A stretch of DNA of 64,000 bases from Oikopleura dioica (taxonomy: Eukaryota; Animalia; Chordata): positions 4,774,001-4,838,000 of the forward strand of contig OU015568.1 in assembly GCA_907165135.1 (NCBI GenBank), written 5' to 3'. The translations under genes were made by a program, and so were the position numbers. Of this stretch, positions 12,006-21,535 are shown piece after piece. The first letter of the stretch is position 1. Each line of letters opens with the position of its first letter. A model generated the notes under the pieces. It was given only the letters and a program-made list of their open reading frames with translations. It did not search any database and had not been told where the DNA came from.

Positions 12006-12352
12006 TGATGCGTAAAGGAAGCTACGAGAAAAAATATTTTACTTTAAATCTTTATTTTCTGCCTTTTACTTTATTCGCCATTTACTTGACCTTTCCGCGC
12101 CCCTTTTTATTGATTTACGATATTGTGTTATCTGCTTGACCGATTTCGGGCTTCAGCGAAGCGGTAGTGACGCAACCTGCTGAGCTAAAGTTCCGATTGA
12201 CCTCTTTCTGATACTGCGCCAGATGACGCTCTCAGCTGTTTTGTGCCTTTATAAGCGAGTCATGCCTTGTCAAATTATTCGAAATAAACAAACTACCAAC
12301 TCCGAGTTAAAGTCTAGATTTTGTCAGAGGTAGCGAGTTCTATTTCGCATCA
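12006..12352 (+). repeat. 5' LTR
   Basis: TG...CA with 7-bp terminal inverted repeat. TATAA at 12250, AATAAA at 12283, TCTAGA at 12313. No difference from the 3' LTR seen by eye. Confidence 0.97.
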
Positions 12353-15300
12353 TGGTGAATCCGATGAAACACCCACTTGATGTTCTACAGAGCTTCGAAG
12401 ACAACTTCCTGATGAAAAACCCGACAATTTCACTAAAAACGACTAGGAGAGAGATAAAAGACATCAAAGCCGATTTCGACAGAGCCCTAACAAGAATGAG
12501 ACTTGCCTTCAATTTCAGTCTTGCAAACGCCGGAATGAATGAGGAGACAGCCGAGAAGAAAGCTGAGAAAGAACAGTACAATCAACTCTTCAAAGAGACC
12601 AGAAAAGAGCTATGCATGTCCCTTCTCACCACGGATTTCAAACGCAAATACTACGCCGACCTTCGTCGGATCACAGGATCTACGGAATTTTTCGATTTTA
12701 TTGATGAGATTTTTGGAAAATTTTCTGATAAGGATGCTGTCAAAGACGCGAAACGAAAACTTCAGGATCTCAGTCGAAATTCGGAAGAAGAAGAGACATT
12801 CACGCGATATTACAAAACGGTGGAGCAATTATCGAAAGAGGCTAGCGAGAATTGTGCCACCCTCCAGAAATACTTCATCACAGAGACATTCAACAGATGT
12901 CTCACGCCGGAACTCAAGAGATACCTGCTCGATCAAGGGATGAACGACAAAGACGCAAAGACCACTGCAGAATACCTGGATAAGAAACTAAAGTACAAGA
13001 AGAAAGTGGAAGTCAGGGCGATATCGACACAAGATATTCTCCTCGAAGAAAAGATGAATGCTTTGACCGAACGATTTGCATCAATTCCACAGATGATTCA
13101 GAGCTCTATGGAAAATTCTCTCACATCCCTGATGAAAAGCAAAATCGAAACACTGGAACAAGAGCTTGCTGAAATCAAACGAATCGGCCGCCGCGACAAC
13201 GACAGAAAAATACCAAGAGAAGATTCAAGATATCACGACAGACCTGCTGATGACCGACAGACAAGCCGATACACACAATACCAAAATTACACAGCTCAGG
13301 GAGCACATCAGAAAAATACAGCTCAGGGAGCATACAACAATAACACAGCTCAGGGAGCACAGAAATCAAACTCCAACGGAACAGATGAGAGATCATGGCC
13401 AATGAACTTCGAAATCGGACCTGGAGGATTCCCGTATCGATGCCATAAATGCGGAGTTCTGGGTCACCGAAGCTTCAATTGCCGCGGAACCAAGCTGACT
13501 TGCAATATATGCCGCGAAGTAGGACACATCCAAGCTGCATGCCCTCAGAAGAAGCCAAAAAAACTAGACCGCGGCTCTTATTACGCGTCAAATAAGAGCC
13601 GTGCCGGCGTTTCGTCGGTCAATCCACAAATAGGTCCCAAACTCAACATTTTTGGTCAACTGTTCGACCAAGATATCCTCTTTCAACTCGATACAGGAGC
13701 CCAAGTAAGCTGCCTGCCACGCAAATTTGTTCCAGACTCACTCATGAAAACGTTAATTCCCGCGCCATTTCAACTCGAATCCTATAACGGCACCATCATA
13801 AAGGTCTTCGGATGTCTCAAAGCTAACCTCAAAATTGGAGCCCTCAACCTCGACAACTGTATATTTCAAATAGTGGATGATTATTGCTCGCCGATTCTGG
13901 GAACACCCGAAATTACCGAGAACGAGCTCATCATCGACATCAAGAAGTCACTTCTTATCCAAAACGAAAAATCAGAATCGATGACGATTTCTGGAGGACA
14001 AACATCAAAGTTCGCCGGACTCAAAGTCGTCAACAAGTCTACATACTACGATTCAGTCGCAGAAACGCCTCTACCCCAAGTCATCCCAGCGAGAACATCT
14101 ACAAGTATCAACGTCAATCTTTCTGCCTTCCCAACAAGTACTATATATGCTGTCCCCGAAAGTCTTTCCCGGAATAAAAACCTACAAATCTACGATCAAG
14201 TCCTTCACATCAATCCAGGAGATTCAGTCACAAAAATTCAAGTCGCAAACACGTCAGACAGGCCAATTAAACTTCAGCGAGGAGAAATTATCGTCAGTCT
14301 CTGCGAAGTCCACGTAGTTCCACCAGGATCTGCACGAAACGCCAAATTTAAGCAGATTTTGCAGGAACTCGTAATAGGAGACCTACCGTCGGTCATCAAG
14401 CAAAGACTCTACTCGATGATCGCAAATTTCGAAGACATATTTGCAATTGACGGCGAGAAACTAGGGACAACCGACGCCATGGAATACAACATCGATACTG
14501 GAACCGCGGCACCAACAGCTTCCCAGAGATATCGAACGCCCTACTATCTTAGGAATGAGATGAAGAAGATGATCGATTCAAACGTCGAATCAGGACTGCT
14601 GATTCCCTGCTCCAGCCCTTGGGCAGCACCAGTCTTGCTTGTGAAAAAACCAAATGGGAAGTACAGACTGGTTTGCGATTATCGTAAGCTCAACTCAGTC
14701 ACCATATCAAACAATTACCCACTCCCGGAAATTGACTGTCTGATCGACCAGATGTCCAAGTCCCGTGTGTTTTCAACAGCGGATTTGTTTACTGGCTTCC
14801 ATCAAATTCCATGCTCCCCAGAAACGCAAAAGAAAGTCGCCATCACCACAGATTTCGGACAATACACGTGGACAGCTATGCCTATGGGTGGGAAAAACGC
14901 ACCTGCCGTGTTTCAACAGATGATGGATGCAATATTCCAAGAGATTCCGAGTTCCGAGCTTGCAATCTACCTTGATGATCTTTGCATTCATTCAAAAACA
15001 TTCGATGAAAATTTGCGAACCCTGGAAAAGGTCTTTACGATTCTAAGGAAGAATAATCTTAAAATCAGAGCTGCTAAAACCGAACTGCTGAAAACGTCAG
15101 TCAAATTTTGCGGAGCAATTATCGAAGACGGGTTCCGGAAGGCGAACCCAAGCAAAGTCAAAGCGGTTCTTGAAATACGACACCCGAGAAACAAGAAGGA
15201 AGCACAAAGCATTTTTGGACTTCTGAACTACCATCGAAGTTTTATCCCCCATTTCGCAACAAAAGCAGCGCCAATAACATTAGCAATAAGAAACGGCTTC

Positions 15301-17793
15301 AAATGGACGAACAAGGCCGCACAAGCTTTGGAAGAATTGAAAGAAGAAATTGCTTCAAAAATAGACAAACTCAAGATTCCGACTCCAAACGAAGGCCAAT
15401 ACGCGGTCGAAACCGATGCGAGCGATCAAGGTCTCGGCGCGGTACTTCTTTATAGAGCCGAGGAAAATCAAAAGTTTCACCCAGTTGCATACCTTTCTCA
15501 GAAATTTGATGCAGCTCAACAAAATTATAACACAAACGAAAAGGAGCTACTCGCCGGAAAACGTGCTTTCGAAAAATGGTCTCATTACCTTCTTGGACGA
15601 CAATTTCTTTGGTTTACCGATAATTCGTGTGTTAACTGGGCCCATCGGATAAAGAGCAGAAAAACGAAGATAGCAAAATGGCTTGCAGAAATCGGAGATT
15701 TCGATTTTCAGACGATTCTTAAGCCATCTAAAGAAATGGTGGTATCTGACTGTCTTTCTCGTCAAGTCGCAAGAGTTACTGCTAAAGTCTCCACAATTAA
15801 AGCGGAAGAAATGAAGGCACTACAGGAAATGGATCCCTTTATTTACGAAATCCGAAGGTATCATCTTTTGGATCGATGGCCAAATATACGATCGAAGAAA
15901 GTTGATGTTTTCTACCGAGAAAAGGAGAACCTCTGTTTTGGACAAAACGATGAGCTTGGCGTTAGCAAAAATGGATTTCGTGTGGTTACTCCGGAAGTAC
16001 TGGTACCGGACATCTTCAAAGAATACCATGATAAATATGGTCATCCTGGAATCGCCCAAACATTAAATGAGATCCAGAAAAAATACTTCATTCCGGATCT
16101 CCAGATGGAATTGTCGAAATACATCAAATCATGCGAGAAATGCCAAAAATACAAGCCGAATAATAACCCGCTAAATTCTCCAATGGGAAGAGTGCATCCG
16201 CCGACACAGCCATATCAAAGATTCGCAATCGACCTCATCGGACCTCTTCCAATCACCGACAGATACCATAGATACGCCGTTGTTTCTACCGACCTTTTTA
16301 GTAAAAAGACTTACGCGCAACCTATAAGAACAAAACGACCAGGAGAAGTTCTTGACGCCGCCCTGGCTGATTGGTACAGAAATCCTCATTTCCCTGAAAA
16401 CGTTCTTATGGACAATGGAGGTGAGTTTATGGCATTACGACAATGGTGCGAAGACCGTGGCATTAAAGTAAATTTGTCACCAGCCTTTCACCCACAAACC
16501 AACGGCGAAGTTGAAAACCGAAATCGCACTGTTAAGTCAAGGCTCAAAATGATGTGCGATATGGAAAATTGGGATAACCACTTGGCACTCGTTGTTCACC
16601 AGATGAATAGTGCGAAACACTCGGTCACACTTCTCTCGCCATACGAGGTCGAGACTGGATTTTGTGGAGAGAACCCTGGAGACTCCTACAAAACGAGACC
16701 AACCAGAAATCAAGTTGACTTTCAAGCTGTCGAAGAAAGAATACTTTCAAATCATGAAAAACGAGCCAGCGAAGACACGAAAATTCATAAGTTTGAGGCT
16801 GGCGATCTGGTCCTTTGCAAAAATACCGATCCGAAGGAGAAGCTGAAGAAATTCACCGGACCCTATAGAATTACGTCTATCCGAGAACAAAATCTTAGTT
16901 TTGAATTGCTCAATCTTGAAACAAACCAATATGTCAGTCGTCACATTTCGCATCTTAAGCCATTCAAACAACGTCACGACAACAATCAAGCGGCTCAACC
17001 TGACTCACCTACTCCCCCGAAACCCGAAAAAAGAAAACGACGAAAATCCTACAGCATGCCGATTCTCTCGAGAATGACTCTACGAAGCAGCAGAAATGCC
17101 GAAGATGTGGGAACAAATTCAGATGTACCGCAGACAAACGAAATGGAGACTCCTGAAGATACAGGGAATTCTTTGATTCGCAATGAAAAGAAAGCAACGG
17201 AAAATATAGCCGTCGATGGGGACAAGGATTCTAGTGATAATGAGGATGTAGCAAACGCAACAGTTTATGAAGACGCCAGAGACGATACGCTTACAATCGC
17301 ATCGGAAGATACCGAAATTGTCCAGATAATGGAGAATGAGGAACAGCCCGATAAACCTCGTCTGGTAGTCTCTCCAGTTATACAAAAGTTTAGCGAGCTA
17401 GCGGAAAGAACTCTCGACAAATTTATTCGGGAGTACGGTATACAAGTGAAGATATCCAAAATGTCGGCGATAAGAGGCAACTCAAAGCAGCGAAAATTGG
17501 AGAAAATCACTGAATGGATTACAGAAAACCGGCCAAACTGGGACAAGGATGATGATGGAAACTACCTGATTAAATACTCTTCACTCCATCTTGAGAGGAA
17601 ATTGTACCTCAACGTAATGACAATCCCCGAGATAAAAGTCTTGACAAAACATCTTGGACTCGTTGTTGATTTCACAGGGAAGGACAAGACGGAAATCATC
17701 CAGACCGTCAAAGAAAAAACCTTGGAAAAATTCCCTTCATTTGCATGTACAAAAAGTGGAAACCTCATCATCGACCCGAAAAATTTTGCGTAG
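12352..17793 (+). CDS. gag-pol: Gag-Pol polyprotein (single ORF, 1813 aa)
   Basis: Two CCHC knuckles (CHKCGVLGHRSFNC, CNICREVGHIQAAC); protease LDTGA; RT PWAAPVLLVKK...DYRKLN and YLDD; RNase H TDAS...YNTNEKELLA; integrase HHCC (HDKYGH...CEKC), D-D-E (IDLIG, MDNGGEF, GEVE) and GPY; long C-terminal extension. Confidence 0.97.
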   Translation: MVNPMKHPLDVLQSFEDNFLMKNPTISLKTTRREIKDIKADFDRALTRMRLAFNFSLANAGMNEETAEKKAEKEQYNQLFKETRKELCMSLLTTDFKRKYYADLRRITGSTEFFDFIDEIFGKFSDKDAVKDAKRKLQDLSRNSEEEETFTRYYKTVEQLSKEASENCATLQKYFITETFNRCLTPELKRYLLDQGMNDKDAKTTAEYLDKKLKYKKKVEVRAISTQDILLEEKMNALTERFASIPQMIQSSMENSLTSLMKSKIETLEQELAEIKRIGRRDNDRKIPREDSRYHDRPADDRQTSRYTQYQNYTAQGAHQKNTAQGAYNNNTAQGAQKSNSNGTDERSWPMNFEIGPGGFPYRCHKCGVLGHRSFNCRGTKLTCNICREVGHIQAACPQKKPKKLDRGSYYASNKSRAGVSSVNPQIGPKLNIFGQLFDQDILFQLDTGAQVSCLPRKFVPDSLMKTLIPAPFQLESYNGTIIKVFGCLKANLKIGALNLDNCIFQIVDDYCSPILGTPEITENELIIDIKKSLLIQNEKSESMTISGGQTSKFAGLKVVNKSTYYDSVAETPLPQVIPARTSTSINVNLSAFPTSTIYAVPESLSRNKNLQIYDQVLHINPGDSVTKIQVANTSDRPIKLQRGEIIVSLCEVHVVPPGSARNAKFKQILQELVIGDLPSVIKQRLYSMIANFEDIFAIDGEKLGTTDAMEYNIDTGTAAPTASQRYRTPYYLRNEMKKMIDSNVESGLLIPCSSPWAAPVLLVKKPNGKYRLVCDYRKLNSVTISNNYPLPEIDCLIDQMSKSRVFSTADLFTGFHQIPCSPETQKKVAITTDFGQYTWTAMPMGGKNAPAVFQQMMDAIFQEIPSSELAIYLDDLCIHSKTFDENLRTLEKVFTILRKNNLKIRAAKTELLKTSVKFCGAIIEDGFRKANPSKVKAVLEIRHPRNKKEAQSIFGLLNYHRSFIPHFATKAAPITLAIRNGFKWTNKAAQALEELKEEIASKIDKLKIPTPNEGQYAVETDASDQGLGAVLLYRAEENQKFHPVAYLSQKFDAAQQNYNTNEKELLAGKRAFEKWSHYLLGRQFLWFTDNSCVNWAHRIKSRKTKIAKWLAEIGDFDFQTILKPSKEMVVSDCLSRQVARVTAKVSTIKAEEMKALQEMDPFIYEIRRYHLLDRWPNIRSKKVDVFYREKENLCFGQNDELGVSKNGFRVVTPEVLVPDIFKEYHDKYGHPGIAQTLNEIQKKYFIPDLQMELSKYIKSCEKCQKYKPNNNPLNSPMGRVHPPTQPYQRFAIDLIGPLPITDRYHRYAVVSTDLFSKKTYAQPIRTKRPGEVLDAALADWYRNPHFPENVLMDNGGEFMALRQWCEDRGIKVNLSPAFHPQTNGEVENRNRTVKSRLKMMCDMENWDNHLALVVHQMNSAKHSVTLLSPYEVETGFCGENPGDSYKTRPTRNQVDFQAVEERILSNHEKRASEDTKIHKFEAGDLVLCKNTDPKEKLKKFTGPYRITSIREQNLSFELLNLETNQYVSRHISHLKPFKQRHDNNQAAQPDSPTPPKPEKRKRRKSYSMPILSRMTLRSSRNAEDVGTNSDVPQTNEMETPEDTGNSLIRNEKKATENIAVDGDKDSSDNEDVANATVYEDARDDTLTIASEDTEIVQIMENEEQPDKPRLVVSPVIQKFSELAERTLDKFIREYGIQVKISKMSAIRGNSKQRKLEKITEWITENRPNWDKDDDGNYLIKYSSLHLERKLYLNVMTIPEIKVLTKHLGLVVDFTGKDKTEIIQTVKEKTLEKFPSFACTKSGNLIIDPKNFA
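12353..12366 (+). other. Primer-binding site, tRNA-Trp-like
   Basis: TGGTGAATCCGATG lies immediately after the LTR and resembles the complement of the vertebrate tRNA-Trp 3' end (TGGTGACCCCGACG) with 3 mismatches. Confidence 0.55.
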
Positions 17794-17817
17794 ACGAGTT
17801 TGAATCATGCTTAAAAA

Positions 17818-19260
17818 TAGAATCGACTTATCCTACAAAACTGTGGAAGCCCGCAAACGACAGATCTCGCAGAGATCTTCATTTTGAGCCCTTTGGAAGC
17901 ATGATGACGTCATTCCCAACGATTCTAGAACACAAATGGAGAAAAAATTTGTATGTGATCACATAGTTCCGGAAAAAGTGTATATCAATATACACTTTCT
18001 TGCAAAACACATAGAATCGGTTCCAGAAATCATACCAACAACTGTAATGGCTCAAACCGATCCCTGGAAAACGATCTTTACTCCTATAAGTCTTCGAAAT
18101 TCCTTCAATGACTCATTGGTATTCTAGAAAATGGAGAAAATCCGAAAACGTGAGAGTCATAATTCGGCGAAAACTTCAATTTTGCCTCGACTATAAAATA
18201 AACAAGATACATGATAATCAAATTCTGCGAAAAATGGCCGATAGCGATCGTTAAGGAGAACATTTTCAGCTATTGGAAGACCGTCTACGATGAATCATCA
18301 GTATTCTAGAGAATTTTGAAACTCAAAAATTTTTGTCCGGACAAAATTTTTGGAATTTCATCGTCGTGCGAAACGATAATGGAAGAAGAAAACAAAAGTT
18401 TCATACTGAGATATGAAAAGGCGCCGGCTAAACGTCAATTTGAGCCCTCCAGCATAATTCGCGATCATTTCAACAAGATTCTAGAGGGAAAACACGATTT
18501 TGGTTTCGACCGAATTACGATATTCTGGAAGATTACAGTCCAAAAACAGAATCGACTCATCCTACGAAGTTTTAGAGATCCGCAAACGATAGATCTCGCT
18601 GAGATCTTCATTTTGAGCCCTTTGAGAGCATGATGACGTCATTACAAACGATTCTAGAACAAAAATGGAGAAGAAATTTGTATGTGATCACATAATTCCG
18701 GAAAAAAGTGTATATCAATATACACTTTCTTGCAAAACACATAGAATCGCTTACAAAAGCCATATCAACAACTGTGAATGCTCAAACGAATCCTTGGAAA
18801 ACGATCTGCACTCCTATCAGTCTTCGAAATTCCTACAATGACTCATTGGTATTCTAGAAAATGGAGAAAATCCGAAAACGGGAGAGTCATAATTCGGCGA
18901 AAACTGAAAACTTGTCTGGACTATAAAATTATGAAGATACACGATAATCACTTTCTGCGAAAAACAGCCGATAGTGATTGGCAAGAGGAACGTTTTCGGC
19001 TATTTGGAGGCCGTCTGCGATGAGTCATCAGCATTCTAGAGAATTTCGAAACTCAAAAATTTGTAACCGGTTACAATTTTTGAAATTTCATCGTCGTGCC
19101 AAACGAAAAAAGAAGAAGGAAGCAAAGTGCTCATAATGCGAGAAGAATAAACATGGTGTTTAATTCAATTTAAGTCTTTAAACATCGTTGTCAGTTATGT
19201 CCACAAGGTTTTAGAGGGAAAACACTGATTTCAATTTCGTCATAATTACGGTTTGCGGAG
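17818..19260. repeat. Higher-order tandem repeat in the pol-env spacer: 2 x ~729 bp, each made of 4 x ~182-bp diverged monomers
   Basis: 17818-18546 aligns with 18547-~19260. TCTAGA at 17924, 18123, 18305, 18480, 18653, 18853 and 19035, plus a one-mismatch copy at 19210. Confidence 0.85.
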
Positions 19261-19363
19261 GAAAAACAGACCAAACCACCTAGGAACCAACTGTGACCGG
19301 AAAATTGATCACCAACTGACCCCGTGACCCGCCGATTATTTACAAAGATAACAGATGATGCGG

Positions 19364-19430
19364 AACAGGGGGCGCCGGAGCAGCCTATAAATGCAGCCAG
19401 CAGCAGTTGGAGAATCAGAACTAAGTCGAA
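19364..19430 (+). promoter_or_regulatory. Internal TATA promoter for env
   Basis: GC-rich GGGGGCGCCGG, then TATAAAT at 19386-19392, an initiator-like CAGT/TCAG 20-30 nt downstream, and the env ATG at 19431. Confidence 0.6.
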
Positions 19431-21510
19431 ATGATCTTATTCACAATCATTTTTGCCACAGCCAACAGCTACAATTACACCTTTGATTATTCCAATGGTG
19501 TTTTATTCCAAGAGAACGAACCCCTTTGGACATACGACGCTGATATCCCCGTAAGAGTCAATGTGCTTCTGGACAGCCCGAGAGAGAAGTTTCGAAGAGC
19601 CCTCAACGCCGACTGTGGAGAAGACTACTTGCTCGAATCCAAGCCTACGAACTTCTTTGGCCGAAACGGAACCGACTTTAACGAAACAACCGAGGATTGC
19701 CTTCTTGGATTCAGAACATTCGACGAGGTAATAAAAAGCTTCATGGGGGAAGATTTGACCATAAGCTGGAGGCACAAGTTGGACTCAAGCGATCGCAAAT
19801 CCTTTAACCTGTTCAAGAACGCCTATCCCGAAGATCCCTTGACATACGAAGAATACCTGAAAAATGGATTGCCAAAGAACCCTGTCCGACCACGCCAACT
19901 ATTCAGCTCGTTCAAGGAAGCATACCCAAATGATCCCTTAACGTATGAAGAATACCTGAAGAAGGGACTACCAAAGAACCCAGTGCAAACTCGAAATCGC
20001 CGCGCAGCAATGGCAGGAGGTGCAGTCATTGGGGGAGTCGCCATAGCAGGCTCCTACGTCTACACCGGTGTCGTCGACGCAAAATCACGAGCGAGAGACG
20101 CAGTTCTTGCTGCCGAAATAGAACTGGAACGGAGAAGAATCGAAAAACTTGAAGAAGTGGTGGAAACGGTAAACGATAAGATTGACGAAGCCGTCAAGAG
20201 AATCCGCAAAGCAAAACGCCCAATCGTCTCCTATGGTGGATTAACGATTCCGAATGACGCGAAGGCTGTTGAACGAATTCTGGAAGGAGCTGATGCGGAG
20301 ATAAACCAATACTTCGCTTCCCAAAGTGCAGCCATGGGCGAAGATATTGTCGAATCGATTCTCACATTGATGAACCATCGGCTCCCATTAAACCCGGTCT
20401 TCCTAGATACGATCAAAGCTCAGTGTATCGTCTATCAAACCGTCCCTGAAGAACAAGCCAGAAAATTCTGCAATGCATTCGCATTCCATACCACTCGTTG
20501 GGACACTCGACTCAGGTTTGTTGGCCTCGGCTTAACGACATGGCCTCGCAAGGATGGCAACGCACAAGGCAAGGACGACCTCGAGATCCGACAGGTGATT
20601 GTCTCGTTAAAAATTCGAATCCCCCCGAATGAAACTTGCCGCTCGAAAATTTACCGCGATCAACCTTGGACATTTCAAAGAAGACGGATCAAGATGGATG
20701 GTAGACCTACCCAAGCACTTAGTGGTGATGCCAAGCAACGAAGTCTTAGAAATGCAACCAGACGCATGTTTACGATTTACTCCTTCGTTTGCATGCTCGA
20801 CGGTATCTCTGACCCCCAACCAGTGTGGAGAATCGATCCTCCTCGGAAATTCGACAAAATATTGCCAGACACAGGAGATTGACAATACGAAGTGTGGATA
20901 CTTCGAAGATTCGACGCGAGCCTTTGTGAGCATCCGACAACCTGGAATCGCCCAGTGGTTCCATCACCATCCATCGGAAAGTGTAAACAAAGTTGACAGT
21001 TTTAAGCGTACGCACTTTGCTGGAGCCCTGAACTGCGGACCACAAATCCTTCGAATAAGTGCCATTATCCCTGGAACACGAGAAGTGGACTCAGTCATGA
21101 CCTACATCCAGCCGATTCAAGTCAGAATGCGGACTGTGCAAGACGACGAAATGGACGAGATGAACGCGAGGATTGCAAAAAACCTTCACACGGTGAAGGA
21201 AATGGGCAACACGATGATCGAGATGAATTTGACAACTCTCGAGCTAATGAAACGAACCGCAGCGACTGAGTCACGAAACGCCGCTGAAACTGCCAAAGAA
21301 TATCTCTACAAAAAATTCATCGCACCAATAATGGGAACCCTCGGAACACTTTCATCGATTGTGCTCATCACGCTCGCAATCTACATCATCATCAAATGCA
21401 ATAGCCGGAGACGCCGCAGACACGAAACACCAAAAGAATACGCCCTTGACTTGCAATTTGCGGAGATGAACAAAATAGCTCAAACGAACCGCTCAACGGA
21501 CACCTTGTAA
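19431..21510 (+). CDS. env: Env-like class I fusion glycoprotein, about 692 aa if the frameshift at C-run 20621-20626 is corrected
   Basis: Signal peptide MILFTIIFATANS, N-glycosylation sequons, furin site RNRR followed by Gly/Ala-rich fusion peptide AAMAGGAVIGGVAIAG, heptad repeat, Cys-rich ectodomain, membrane-proximal helix, TM IMGTLGTLSSIVLITLAIYIII, basic cytoplasmic tail. Two overlapping ORFs join on removing one C. Confidence 0.88.
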
Positions 21511-21535
21511 AAAAAAACCCCCGGACGTACGACAC

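Noticed and set aside
11906-12139. 77-aa ORF crossing the LTR junction
   Set aside because: Chimeric read-through of flank into LTR; the pre-insertion frame stops 3 codons after the TSD.
17936-18860. 63-aa ORF MEKKFVCDHIVPEK... repeated in both spacer copies (copy 2 broken by an extra A)
   Set aside because: By hand count there are about 5 synonymous versus 10 non-synonymous differences, close to neutral. The conserved parts coincide with DNA palindromes (TGTGATCACA, AAAGTGTATAT-CA-ATATACACTTT), so conservation is better explained at the DNA level.
17818-19260. CRISPR-like interpretation of the periodic spacer array
   Set aside because: Eukaryotic context, no identical direct repeats with unique spacers, and no cas genes; the monomers are diverged tandem duplicates.
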